Of a DNA stretch of 64,000 bases, positions 55,237 through 64,000 are shown in pieces. Where the stretch lies: contig JAZOMO010000031.1 of NCBI GenBank assembly GCA_045654025.1, positions 27,173-91,172 on the forward strand, given 5' to 3'. The first letter of the stretch is position 1; the number at the start of each line of letters is the position of its first letter. This stretch comes from Candidatus Scatosoma sp. (lineage in GTDB: Bacteria; Bacillota; Clostridia; Christensenellales; Borkfalkiaceae). The notes beneath the pieces were generated by a model. That model was given only the letters and a program-made list of their open reading frames with translations. It was not told the DNA's origin and did no database searches. The position numbers and the translations under genes are program-made.

Positions 55237-55935
55237 TTATACGATAGAAAATCCGCCGTTGACGGGAATGTCTACACCGTTGACGTAGTCGTTTTCTTCT
55301 AGGAATACGACCGCTTTTGCAACATCCTCGCCGTCGCCCATTCTCCCTGCAGGAATCCCCTCTACGAGCGCCGCCTTGTCCTCTTCGGTCAATCGGGCAT
55401 TCATCGCCGTATCAATCACGCCAGGCGAAACGGTGTTCACTCGAATCCCCGAATAGCCCAGCTCGTTTGCCAAGGCTTTGGTAAACGCAATCAAAGCGCC
55501 TTTCGATGCGGAATACACGCTCTCACAGCTGCCTCCAACCTCTCCCCAAACGGAAGAAATATTGACGATTACGCCACTTTTCCGTGCAATCATATGAGGC
55601 ACGGCGTGCTTTACGCAGAGGAACGCGCCACGCATATTGACGGCAAACAAGTCGTCAAATTCGTCCACGGTCACGTCCTGCACCTGCTTGAACAGACAAA
55701 CGCCTGCGTTGTTGACCAAGATATCCACACCGCCGATAGCGGCAATCATTTTGACAACCTCATCTTCCTTGCGGACGTCCGCAAGGTAGACCTCCAAGCC
55801 CTGTTCTTTCGCCGCTTTTGCGCTCTCCTCGTCCTTTGAATAGCTAACGCACACACGATATCCTTTACGCAAAAAAGCCAACGCAATCGACAGCCCGATA
55901 CCACGTACGCCGCCCGTCACTAAAACCGTTTTCAT
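55237..55935 (-). CDS. Classical short-chain dehydrogenase/reductase (FabG-like)
   Basis: 232 aa with motifs TGGVRGIG, NNAG and YSASKGA. Confidence 0.85.
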   Translation of the reverse strand: MKTVLVTGGVRGIGLSIALAFLRKGYRVCVSYSKDEESAKAAKEQGLEVYLADVRKEDEVVKMIAAIGGVDILVNNAGVCLFKQVQDVTVDEFDDLFAVNMRGAFLCVKHAVPHMIARKSGVIVNISSVWGEVGGSCESVYSASKGALIAFTKALANELGYSGIRVNTVSPGVIDTAMNARLTEEDKAALVEGIPAGRMGDGEDVAKAVVFLEENDYVNGVDIPVNGGFSIV

Positions 55936-55949
55936 TCTATACCTGCCTA

Positions 55950-56450
55950 TTATAAACCGAATTTTCGCGCGATTTCGTCCGCAATTTCCGCGGGCGTTTT
56001 TTCATCCACGCATATGGTGGCGTCCGCAACCTTTTCATAGATTGCAGAGCGCGCCGACAGCAACCCGTCCAAACAGGCAGAAAGCGCCTCCCCCGCTAGC
56101 AACGGACGGGTAGTATCCCCCTCCAAACGCCGTTGCAAGGTTTGCTTACTTGCCTCTAAATAGACGATTTTACCCTGCGCTTTTAAGAGGCGAACGTTCT
56201 CCTCTTTGAGCACCAAGCCGCCGCCAACGGACACGATGATATCTTCGCCGCACGGCAAAGCGCGTACCGCTTCCGTTTCAAGGTCACGAAAATACGGCTC
56301 GCCATGCTTAGAAAAAATCGCCGAAATATCGCCGTGATGGCCGACAATCCATTCGTCGGTGTCCACACGTTGCCAGCCAAGTCTGTCTTCAAGGGCGCGC
56401 GCAACCGTCGTCTTGCCGCAACCCATCATGCCGCACAATATGATAGTCAT
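55950..56450 (-). CDS. aroK: Shikimate kinase
   Basis: 166 aa with P-loop GMMGCGKTT. Confidence 0.9.
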   Translation of the reverse strand: MTIILCGMMGCGKTTVARALEDRLGWQRVDTDEWIVGHHGDISAIFSKHGEPYFRDLETEAVRALPCGEDIIVSVGGGLVLKEENVRLLKAQGKIVYLEASKQTLQRRLEGDTTRPLLAGEALSACLDGLLSARSAIYEKVADATICVDEKTPAEIADEIARKFGL

Positions 56451-56451
56451 T

Positions 56452-56889
56452 TTACTTTACGATAGCGCGCAAGCCTTCGACCGCCGCAAGGTAGCTACCA
56501 GCGCCAAAGCCGCAAACCGTGCCCCTACAAACCTCGGAAATCACCGAAATATGACGGAACGCCTCGCGTGCGTGCACGTTGGACATATGCACCTCGACTA
56601 CGGGGATATCAATCGCCGCAATCCCATCACGCAGAGCGTAGCTATAATGGGTGAACGCCCCTGCGTTTAACAAAATACCGTCGTAAGACTTGTTCAAAAA
56701 TGCTTCGTGCAATTTGTCCACCAACACGCCTTCGATATTCGATTGATAGAAATCGACTTCGTCGCCACCTGCCTTGCAGTAAGCGGCGATTTTTGCGTTA
56801 ATTTCGTCCAGCGTTTCCACGCCGTAAACGCCCTTTTCACGCAAGCCCGTGAGGTTCAAATTGACACCGTTTAATACTAAAATTTTCAT
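56452..56889 (-). CDS. aroQ: Type II 3-dehydroquinate dehydratase
   Basis: 145 aa with motifs LNGVNLNLTGLRE and HMSNVHAREAFR. Confidence 0.95.
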   Translation of the reverse strand: MKILVLNGVNLNLTGLREKGVYGVETLDEINAKIAAYCKAGGDEVDFYQSNIEGVLVDKLHEAFLNKSYDGILLNAGAFTHYSYALRDGIAAIDIPVVEVHMSNVHAREAFRHISVISEVCRGTVCGFGAGSYLAAVEGLRAIVK

Positions 56890-57701
56890 ATGTTTTCCTC
56901 GCTTTCGAGATATTTTTTATATAAGTTATGCGCCTCTTGCTCGTCTGCTTGCTTGCCCAAAAAATAGCAATCGGCGTAGTATGCCTGCAAAAAGAGCATT
57001 CCGCCGCCCGATACTGTCTGCAAGCCAAGTTCCGCCGCAATGCGCAAAAACTCCGATACGGTCGGTTTGTAAATTAAGTCCACCGCTACGGAGCACCCGT
57101 CGAACGCCGCCGCAGAAACGGGGGAAATCCCCACCGTATCGTGCATACCTACGCCCGTGGCGTTGATGATGATATCGTAGCCGCCAACCTCAGGAGCTTC
57201 AGCCGCCAAAACACCAAGCTCCTGACAAGTTTCCTCTAATTCCTGCTTTCTGCGTTGGTAGAGGTAGACCGTTGCCCCTGCTTTTTTGAGGACGACTGCC
57301 GAGCTTCTGCCTGCGCCACCAGCGCCTAAAATCAGCACTTTCTTTCCTGCCACAGAAACGCCGTGCAGTTTCAGCATTTGCAGAAAGCCCCAACCGTCCG
57401 TGTTATAGCCTTTGCGCGTAGCGCAAACGACGGTATTCACCGCACCAAACGCCGCCGCATCGTCCACGATTTCATCGAGGTATTCCATCACGTCACGCTT
57501 GTAGGGAATGGTCACGTTAAAGCCGTCAAAATCCCCCAAAAGGTAACGCATTGTATCGTCCAGTTCCGCAGGCGCAATCGAAAGTTTTTCGTACGAAAGG
57601 GCAACCCCAAATTCCCGCAGAATAAAGGCGTGGATTTTATGGCTGTCCGACTTGGAAACGTCCTTGCCGATTAACGCCAAGCGAAGTGTTTTCTCGCTCA
57701 T
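56886..57701 (-). CDS. aroE: Shikimate dehydrogenase
   Basis: 271 aa. NVTIPYK and GAGGAGRS motifs. 4-nt overlaps with both neighbours. Confidence 0.9.
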   Translation of the reverse strand: MSEKTLRLALIGKDVSKSDSHKIHAFILREFGVALSYEKLSIAPAELDDTMRYLLGDFDGFNVTIPYKRDVMEYLDEIVDDAAAFGAVNTVVCATRKGYNTDGWGFLQMLKLHGVSVAGKKVLILGAGGAGRSSAVVLKKAGATVYLYQRRKQELEETCQELGVLAAEAPEVGGYDIIINATGVGMHDTVGISPVSAAAFDGCSVAVDLIYKPTVSEFLRIAAELGLQTVSGGGMLFLQAYYADCYFLGKQADEQEAHNLYKKYLESEENI

Positions 57702-58954
57702 TTCGCACCTACCCCCAACAATTCAAAGAAATTAGGGAAAGAAATCGCACAGCATTCGGGGCGCAAAATCTGACCGCCGTTTTCGCTTGCCAGCATGCCC
57801 ACAGCCGCGGACATCGCAATTCTATGATCCAAATAACTGTCCACTGTGCCGCCCATCAGCCGTTTTTTACCACGGATAATAAACCCGTCATCGGTGGGGA
57901 CGCACTCGCCGCCGAGGCGGTTAATCATCTCCGCCGTCGTCTTAATACGGTCGCTCTCTTTCACCTTCAATTCCTTCGCATCGCGAATACGGCTCTCACC
58001 GTCGGCAAACGCCAATATGAGCGCAATCAAAGGCAGCTCGTCAATCATCGAGGGAATATCGTCGCCGCCCAAATCCACCGCGCAAAGAGGGGATTTCTCT
58101 ACGAGAATATCCGCCATTTCTTCGCCGCCAGAGGCGCGTTTGTTCAGCACGGAATAGCGCACGCCCATCTTATCGAACGCCGTCAAAATTCCCGTTCTGG
58201 TGGGATTTACACCCACGTTTTTACACAGCGTTTTGCCCTTCAATGCCCCCAACGCCATAAAATAGGAAGCCGAAGAAATATCCGCAGGCACGTCCACGTC
58301 CAAAGCGGAAAGCTCGCTTTTTTCCACGCTGACACGGTTGCCTTCCACCGATACTTTCGCGCCCATCGCAGACAGCATACGCTCGGTATGGTCACGGGAT
58401 TTGGTGGGTTCTTCCACCGTGGTGATACCGCTTGCAGAAATGCCTGCCAGCAAAATCGCGCTCTTGACCTGCGCCGAGGCAACGTCCGTCACAATCTCTC
58501 TGCCCACAAGCTCCGCGGGGGCAATGCATACAGGCGCGTGACCGTCCGTCGTACGCACGTTCGCGCCGAGCAACCCCAAAGGTCTTGCCACACGCTCCAT
58601 CGGTCTTTTGGACAGCGAGGCATCCCCCGTCAATACGGCGTCAATCCCCTTTCCTGCCACCAAGCCGGTCAAAAGCCTCATCGTCGTGCCAGAATTACCG
58701 CAATCAAGCTCCCTGCCTGCGCGGAAACGCTCTGCCCCACGCACACGCATGGTCGAGCCGTCCACGTCAATCTTCGCCCCAAGCGCACGCATACACGCAC
58801 AGGTGGAAACGCAGTCCTCGCCACAGAGGGCGTTGGTAATCACCGCTTCGCCTGCCGCCGCGCTGTTTAACATCACCGCGCGGTGGGTAATTGACTTGTC
58901 GCCCGGCAGGAGGAACTCTCCTTCAAAACTGCCGACGTTTCGTATGTTTTGCAT
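57698..58954 (-). CDS. aroA: 3-phosphoshikimate 1-carboxyvinyltransferase (EPSP synthase)
   Basis: LPGDKSITHR motif. The ORF-track start at 58987 is TTG inside aroB. The ATG at 58954 gives the usual spacing of about 17 aa to PGDKS. Confidence 0.9.
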   Translation of the reverse strand: MQNIRNVGSFEGEFLLPGDKSITHRAVMLNSAAAGEAVITNALCGEDCVSTCACMRALGAKIDVDGSTMRVRGAERFRAGRELDCGNSGTTMRLLTGLVAGKGIDAVLTGDASLSKRPMERVARPLGLLGANVRTTDGHAPVCIAPAELVGREIVTDVASAQVKSAILLAGISASGITTVEEPTKSRDHTERMLSAMGAKVSVEGNRVSVEKSELSALDVDVPADISSASYFMALGALKGKTLCKNVGVNPTRTGILTAFDKMGVRYSVLNKRASGGEEMADILVEKSPLCAVDLGGDDIPSMIDELPLIALILAFADGESRIRDAKELKVKESDRIKTTAEMINRLGGECVPTDDGFIIRGKKRLMGGTVDSYLDHRIAMSAAVGMLASENGGQILRPECCAISFPNFFELLGVGAK

Positions 58955-58970
58955 AGCTTCAACCGTCCTC

Positions 58971-60026
58971 TCAAAGTTTTTCTGCAATCGTAGTCAACGC
59001 TTGCGTATATTCCGACAACGGCATTGTAAACAGCGTCCATTTACCGTAGTCTTTCGCCACGCTCATGACCACGTTGCCGTCGCCCACGTTCTTTTTATCT
59101 AGGCTCGCCTTTTGCGCCGCCTCGCCAAGGGTGGAGAAGTCGGGCTTTTCACCGCCGTCCAGCGCCAACGCCTCGTCCACAAACTGTAATAATTTTTCCC
59201 CACACTCACGATGACAAACACCTGCCTCCATCGCAAGCAGGGTTTCTATCTTCATGCCCCACAACACGCTCTCGCCGTGCGAAAGCCCGTAGGAAAGCTC
59301 GATGGCATGCCCCGTCGTATGTCCGACGTTGAGACACTTTCTCTCTCCCGTTTCCTTTTCGTCACGCTCGACAACCCCTGCCTTATAACGCACGCTGTTT
59401 TCAATCAACGACACCGCCAAGTCCTTGGTGATTTTTCCATCCACCGCCAACAAAGTGTTAAAAGTAGCCATATCCATCGCCGCATATTTGACGATTTCGC
59501 CGATACCGCATTTCCATTCCCTTTGAGGAAGGGTGTTTAAAAAGCTGGGGTCAATCAAGACCTCTATCGGCTGATGAAACGCCCCGACGATATTTTTTAC
59601 ACCGCCAAGGTCAATCGCCGTCTTGCCGCCCACCGAGCTGTCCACCATCGCAAGCAGAGTCGTCGGGATTTGCACGCAGTCAATCCCACGCATATACAGC
59701 GCGGCGCAAAGCCCGCCGATGTCCCCGATGACACCGCCACCCACGGCAAACAGCCGAGAGGTACGCTTTAAGCCCACCGATGCCATTCTCTCCAAAATCG
59801 CCTGCAAGGACCGGAAATTTTTATTCTCTTCCCCAGCGGGCAAGACAAAAACCTCTTCTCCTGCAAACCAACGGTCGAAAAAGGGGCGATGCAACGCATA
59901 GACGTTGGTGTCGGTCAAAATAAAGTTCTTCTGCCCCGAAAGCAACTGGGGCAACCGAGCCTCTATCACATCCGTACCGATATAGATTACCCCCGCCATC
60001 GACGAGGTTTTTACGTCAATTTTCAT
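58971..60026 (-). CDS. aroB: 3-dehydroquinate synthase
   Basis: Start re-set to the ATG at 60026, 4 nt after the aroC stop. GGGVIGDIGG motif. Confidence 0.9.
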   Translation of the reverse strand: MKIDVKTSSMAGVIYIGTDVIEARLPQLLSGQKNFILTDTNVYALHRPFFDRWFAGEEVFVLPAGEENKNFRSLQAILERMASVGLKRTSRLFAVGGGVIGDIGGLCAALYMRGIDCVQIPTTLLAMVDSSVGGKTAIDLGGVKNIVGAFHQPIEVLIDPSFLNTLPQREWKCGIGEIVKYAAMDMATFNTLLAVDGKITKDLAVSLIENSVRYKAGVVERDEKETGERKCLNVGHTTGHAIELSYGLSHGESVLWGMKIETLLAMEAGVCHRECGEKLLQFVDEALALDGGEKPDFSTLGEAAQKASLDKKNVGDGNVVMSVAKDYGKWTLFTMPLSEYTQALTTIAEKL

Positions 60027-60030
60027 ACCC

Positions 60031-61170
60031 TTACAGTTCCTTATAACGACTGCATACCTGCGCCATGGTGTCGCCACCCAAACGCTCTGCCACGGTAAAC
60101 GCAAGCACCTGCGCCACCACCGCCTCGGCAATCACTTCTAATGCTACGATAGCGCAAACGTCACTGCGTTCAGAAGCCGCCGTTGCCACCTCGCCCGTCG
60201 CCGTATCCACCGTCTGCAAGCCACGCATCAGGGTGGGAATGGGTTTCATCGCCAGCTTTAACACCAGCTCTTCCCCGTTGGACATACCGCCCTCGATACC
60301 GCCCGCGCGATTGCTTTCACGATAATATCCACGGTCTGCATCATAATAAATTTCGTCGTGCACGTCCTTGCCGCTGACCGATGCCACCCCAAAGCCCATA
60401 CCGATTTCCACGCCCTTGACCGCCTGAATACTCATGAGCCCCTGCGCCAAGCGACCGTCCAGCTTTTCGCCGTACGTCATCATACTGCCAAAGCCGCTCT
60501 TCAAGCCACGCACACGGATTTCCACCATACCGCCAGCTGTATCACCTGCCAGTTTCAGCGCGGAAATTTTCTCTTTTGCCGCTTCGGAAAGGTCGGGGTT
60601 TACCATTCCCGTTTCCTCGTTTTTCTTTGAAATAATTTCGTCGAAGGTATATTCCCCTTCGTCCTTCACACCGCAAATTTCACGCACAAAGCCGTTGATT
60701 TCCACACCCAAAGCGGAAAGGTACTGCTTATAAACAGCACCTGCCGCAACGCGGATTGCCGTTTCTCTTGCAGAGGCGCGTTCCAAAATGTTGCGCGCGT
60801 CGTCCTGCGCAAATTTTTGCATACCCGTAAGGTCTGCGTGCCCGGGGCGCACCTTGGTCAAAGCTTTTGCCGCCATCACATCTTCGTCGCAAGCGCCGTC
60901 AGACATGCAGCTCTCCCAGTTGGCGTAATCTCGATTATAGATACACAGCGTAATCGGACTGCCCAGCGTTTCGCCGTTGCGAACGCCCGTCAAAATTTCC
61001 GCCCTGTCCTTTTCAATCTTCTGCCGACCACCTCTACCAAAACCGCTTTGTCGGAGTGCAAGCTCTGCTTGCAGTTTTTCCATATCCAGCTGTAAATGCG
61101 CAGGGATTCCTTCCAAAATCGCAACAAGCGCTTTGCCGTGCGATTCCCCTGCCGTCGTTAATTTCATCAT
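60031..61170 (-). CDS. aroC: Chorismate synthase
   Basis: 379 aa with the N-terminal motif TAGESHG. Confidence 0.95.
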   Translation of the reverse strand: MMKLTTAGESHGKALVAILEGIPAHLQLDMEKLQAELALRQSGFGRGGRQKIEKDRAEILTGVRNGETLGSPITLCIYNRDYANWESCMSDGACDEDVMAAKALTKVRPGHADLTGMQKFAQDDARNILERASARETAIRVAAGAVYKQYLSALGVEINGFVREICGVKDEGEYTFDEIISKKNEETGMVNPDLSEAAKEKISALKLAGDTAGGMVEIRVRGLKSGFGSMMTYGEKLDGRLAQGLMSIQAVKGVEIGMGFGVASVSGKDVHDEIYYDADRGYYRESNRAGGIEGGMSNGEELVLKLAMKPIPTLMRGLQTVDTATGEVATAASERSDVCAIVALEVIAEAVVAQVLAFTVAERLGGDTMAQVCSRYKEL

Positions 61171-61182
61171 AATGATATCCTT

Positions 61183-63705
61183 TTATACTGTTTCTACCGT
61201 GTATTTGCCGCCTTGATAGTCGATAAGCACTTTCTGTCCCGAAGATACTCTGCCCAGCAAAATTTCCTCTGACAGTCGATCCTCAATCCGTCTTTGCACC
61301 GCGCGTTTTAAAGGCCGAGCGCCGTATTGACTGTCGTAGCCCTCCTTGACCAGCGCGCGCTTTGCCTCCTCGGAGACGGTCAGCGTAATGCCACGCTGTT
61401 CGTACAGACGCTTTGCAAGCGCCGACACCATCTTACCGCCGATGATTGCCGCATCCTCTTCCGACAGACGGTGGAAGACCACGATATCGTCCAAGCGGTT
61501 CAAAAACTCCGGACGGAATTTGTCCTTCAAAGCCTTCGTGATATTCTCCTTCATATCCTCGTACTGCCTTGCATCGGTCGCCGTGTCGTCCACGTCACTG
61601 CCAAAGCCGTACACGCCCGTACGCTCGGTCTGCGGCAGGGATGCGCCCACGTTCGAGGTGAGAATGAGCACGGCGTTTTTAAAGCTTACCGTTCTACCCT
61701 TGCTGTCCGTCAGCCTGCCGTCGTCCAAAATCTGCAACAGCAGATTGAATACGTCAGGGTGCGCCTTTTCAATCTCGTCAAACAAAATGACGCAATAGGG
61801 CTTGGTGCGTACCTTGTCGGTCAGCTGCCCCGATTGCCCTTCGTCAAAGCCCACGTATCCCGGAGGCGCGCCGATGAGCTTAGAAATCGACTGTTTTTCC
61901 ATGTATTCGCTCATATCCAAGCGAATCATCTGTTCTTCGTTGCCAAACAACGCCTCTGCCAAGGCCTTACAAAGGTCGGTTTTACCAACGCCCGTAGGAC
62001 CTACGAAGATAAACGAACCGATGGGACGAGACGGGTCTTTCAAGCCTGCGCGCGCCCTGCGAATGGCTTTTGCAACAGCGCTGACCGCCTCGTTCTGTCC
62101 GATAATTCGTTCGTGTAATTTCTCCTCTAAATGCATCAGCTTTTCGCCTTCTTCCTGCGAAATCTGCATAAGGGGCACGTTCGTGCGCGCCGCAACGATG
62201 CCAGCCACCTGCTCTCTGCCGATGCCCATTCTACCGTCGGGAAGTCGAATGAGGCTCTGCGCGCGAAGCACCGCCTCCCTTCTATCCTTCAAGCGTTGCA
62301 GTTCCTTTTGAATGCGGTTCATCGCCTCGTAGTTTACGGTGCTTTTTGCGTACGAAAAGCTTTCTTCTAAAGTCAAAATCTCGGTAGACAACGACTTCGA
62401 TTCGTCGTTTTCAGAACCGCAGATACGCGCCCTTGCCGCCGCCTCGTCAATGAGGTCGATTGCTTTATCAGGCAAGAACCGATCGTTGATGTAGCGTACG
62501 GACAGTTTCACCGCCGCCTCAATCGCCTCGTCGGAAATCGCAATACCGTGGTGCGCCTCATAACGGCTTCTGAGCCCTTTCAAAATCTCCATGGCGTCCT
62601 GTTCCTTGGGTTCTTCCACCATGACGGGGGTAAACCTACGCTCTAACGCCGCATCTTTTTCGATGTATTTTCTATATTCTTCAATCGTGGTCGCGCCGAT
62701 GAGTTGTAAGTCGCCTCGTGCCAACATCGGCTTTAAGATATTTGCGGCATCCATACCGCTGTCCGAAGACGCGCCTGCGCCGACAATCGTATGGATTTCG
62801 TCAATAAACAGAATAATCTGCCCGTCTGCAAGCACCGCATCGACAACGTCCTTCAAACGCTCTTCAAATTCCCCACGGTATTTCGTGCCTGCCAGCATAC
62901 CGGGGATATCCAACGAAAACACCGTCTTTCCTGCTAGCTGAGGAGGCACTCTGCCCTGCACGATCAAGGTCGCCAAGCCTTCGATAATCGCGCTCTTGCC
63001 CACACCGGGCTCACCCACCAAAACGGGGTTGTTTTTACTGCGACGAGAGAGCACCTGCGACACCTGCTCGATCTCTCTTTGACGGCCGATGACAGGGTCT
63101 ACCTTGCCACGGCGCACGCGGTCGGTCATATCCGTGCCAAAGGTCGCCAGCTTTTCTCTTGCCGTCGATTTACCCTTGCCGTTTTGTTTGGGGGCAAACA
63201 AATCCTCGCCTACCTGCGTTCTGCCTGCGGAAGGCATTTGAGGTTGCTGCATGCGATTGCCCTGCGGAGCATCCTCCTGCGGACGAGCCGACACCAGCTT
63301 CATACGCGTTCTTTCCGCCAAGCCATCTACGTCAATCCCCAGTTTTTGCAAAATCAGCACAGCGACACAGCCTACGTTATCGAGCACCGCAAGCAACACG
63401 TGCAAGGTCCCCGTCGGAGCATCCTGCTGTTGCGCCGCCGCCATTGCCCTACGGAAGATGGTCTTCGTCCGTTCAGTCATCCCCGAAACGGTCACTTTCG
63501 GGTCAATCGCACGGAAAAACTCCCCTTCGTATTCCGACTTGGAAACCCCTGCTTCGCGCAGTAATTTCCCTGCCTCGCATTCCACGCAAAGACAGCCGTA
63601 CAGCAAATGCTCCGTGCCGATGTATACCGCGCCGCGCGCCAAAGTGGCCTCGTTCGCCTTTTTCAGCACTTCGCTTAAATTGTTCGATAAATTCGGGTTT
63701 TTCAT
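61183..63705 (-). CDS. clpC: ClpC-type AAA+ chaperone/unfoldase (Clp ATPase with two NBDs)
   Basis: 840 aa. Clp_N repeats and Walker A motifs GEPGVGKSA and GPTGVGKT. Short middle domain of about 70 aa (ClpC-like rather than ClpB-like). YGF loop at the ClpP-docking position. Confidence 0.85.
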   Translation of the reverse strand: MKNPNLSNNLSEVLKKANEATLARGAVYIGTEHLLYGCLCVECEAGKLLREAGVSKSEYEGEFFRAIDPKVTVSGMTERTKTIFRRAMAAAQQQDAPTGTLHVLLAVLDNVGCVAVLILQKLGIDVDGLAERTRMKLVSARPQEDAPQGNRMQQPQMPSAGRTQVGEDLFAPKQNGKGKSTAREKLATFGTDMTDRVRRGKVDPVIGRQREIEQVSQVLSRRSKNNPVLVGEPGVGKSAIIEGLATLIVQGRVPPQLAGKTVFSLDIPGMLAGTKYRGEFEERLKDVVDAVLADGQIILFIDEIHTIVGAGASSDSGMDAANILKPMLARGDLQLIGATTIEEYRKYIEKDAALERRFTPVMVEEPKEQDAMEILKGLRSRYEAHHGIAISDEAIEAAVKLSVRYINDRFLPDKAIDLIDEAAARARICGSENDESKSLSTEILTLEESFSYAKSTVNYEAMNRIQKELQRLKDRREAVLRAQSLIRLPDGRMGIGREQVAGIVAARTNVPLMQISQEEGEKLMHLEEKLHERIIGQNEAVSAVAKAIRRARAGLKDPSRPIGSFIFVGPTGVGKTDLCKALAEALFGNEEQMIRLDMSEYMEKQSISKLIGAPPGYVGFDEGQSGQLTDKVRTKPYCVILFDEIEKAHPDVFNLLLQILDDGRLTDSKGRTVSFKNAVLILTSNVGASLPQTERTGVYGFGSDVDDTATDARQYEDMKENITKALKDKFRPEFLNRLDDIVVFHRLSEEDAAIIGGKMVSALAKRLYEQRGITLTVSEEAKRALVKEGYDSQYGARPLKRAVQRRIEDRLSEEILLGRVSSGQKVLIDYQGGKYTVETV

Positions 63706-63928
63706 AATTATCCCCTTTAAAACTACTTTCTATCAAAAATCCTTTTAAGGTTTTGTTGTAGAGAATGGTTAATTTACAACAATTTTTTGTTGGATTGACG
63801 AGGAAAATATAAGAAAGACAAGCGGTTTGTGAGGGCGCATACCTTCAGCGGTCTGTAACCGAGCAAAACGCGCAGTATTTCGCAATTATTTTTCCGTCAA
63901 AAATTAACCAGGTTATGCAACAAAGCCT

Positions 63929-64000
63929 TTAGTCCGTTCGTACCACCAACTGAGGTAACACTCGGCGCATCACCGCCGCGCGGTGGGCATCACGCTCTGC
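63929..64000 (-). CDS. Possible 3' end of a gene running in from the right edge (C-terminal ..AERDAHRAAVMRRVLPQLVVRTD)
   Basis: An open frame to the window edge ends at TAA 63929-63931. Only 23 codons are visible. Its position upstream of clpC would fit an mcsB-like gene, but that is a guess. Confidence 0.2.
   Translation of the reverse strand, partial: AERDAHRAAVMRRVLPQLVVRTD

Noticed and set aside
63706-63928. CtsR operator (GGTCAAA-NAN-GGTCAAA) or CIRCE element upstream of clpC.
   Set aside because: The best candidate, CGTCAAAAATTAACCAG, matches only the first heptad. No TTAGCACTC-N9-GAGTGCTAA was seen.
63935-63950. T-box-like string GTTGGTGGTACG on the minus strand upstream of clpC.
   Set aside because: - It falls inside the open frame that runs in from the window edge.
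- It lacks the ACCGCG continuation.
- It is not followed by a terminator/antiterminator pair.
1-64000. Scan for CRISPR arrays, rRNA or tRNA genes, integrases, phage or toxin-antitoxin modules.
   Set aside because: - I found no regularly spaced direct repeats.
- No intergenic spacer is long enough or suitably structured for rRNA or tRNA genes.
- No integrase or recombinase is present.
- The only mobile-element-related gene is the end-less Y1 transposase-like ORF.

Overview
Read by eye with no tools, this 64-kb window looks like core chromosome of a mid-GC Firmicutes/Clostridia-type bacterium. I saw no rRNA, tRNA, CRISPR array, prophage or obvious defence island.

I can support about 67 protein genes, one T-box riboswitch, several consensus sigma-A-like promoters and a set of intrinsic terminators.

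**Gene content**
- A plus-strand block at 180-6973 carries pgk-tpiA-gpmI, secG, rnr and smpB.
- From 7005 to 63705 almost every gene is on the minus strand.
- This run includes cdaA, holA, comEC, and the rimP-nusA-ylxR-ylxQ-infB-rbfA-nrnA operon.
- It continues with ispG, nrdR and rarA, then a tight dgt-dnaG-rpoD-trmK-nif3-alr-rsmD-coaD-aroF-pheA run.
- Further genes are efp, pepP, ribF, truB, pheST (behind a Phe T-box), mscL and nth.
- The run ends with a clpC-aroCBAEQK block. All seven shikimate-pathway steps are present, split over two clusters.

**Starts.** The ORF track uses alternative start codons. I re-set several starts to downstream ATGs that have Shine-Dalgarno sequences.

**Most notable observations**
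1. A 524-aa protein with a PolC-like OB fold and DnaQ exonuclease, but no PHP or polymerase domains, sits in the canonical polC slot upstream of rimP.
2. An IS200/RAYT-like Y1 transposase gene is packed onto the 3' end of the aro operon. It carries the same 16-nt palindrome twice, in two reading frames.
3. cdaR appears reduced to a 34-codon transmembrane stub that is translationally coupled to cdaA.
4. A 30-codon hydrophobic micro-gene lies between a good RBS and a perfect terminator.
5. A nitrilase-superfamily homolog has all three catalytic-triad positions apparently substituted.
6. A possible lipid or glycolipid module combines PlsC-like, CrtO-like, GT8 and DegV genes.

Nothing here convinces me of a complete novel multi-gene system. 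All family assignments come from motif recognition and need profile or structure searches to confirm.
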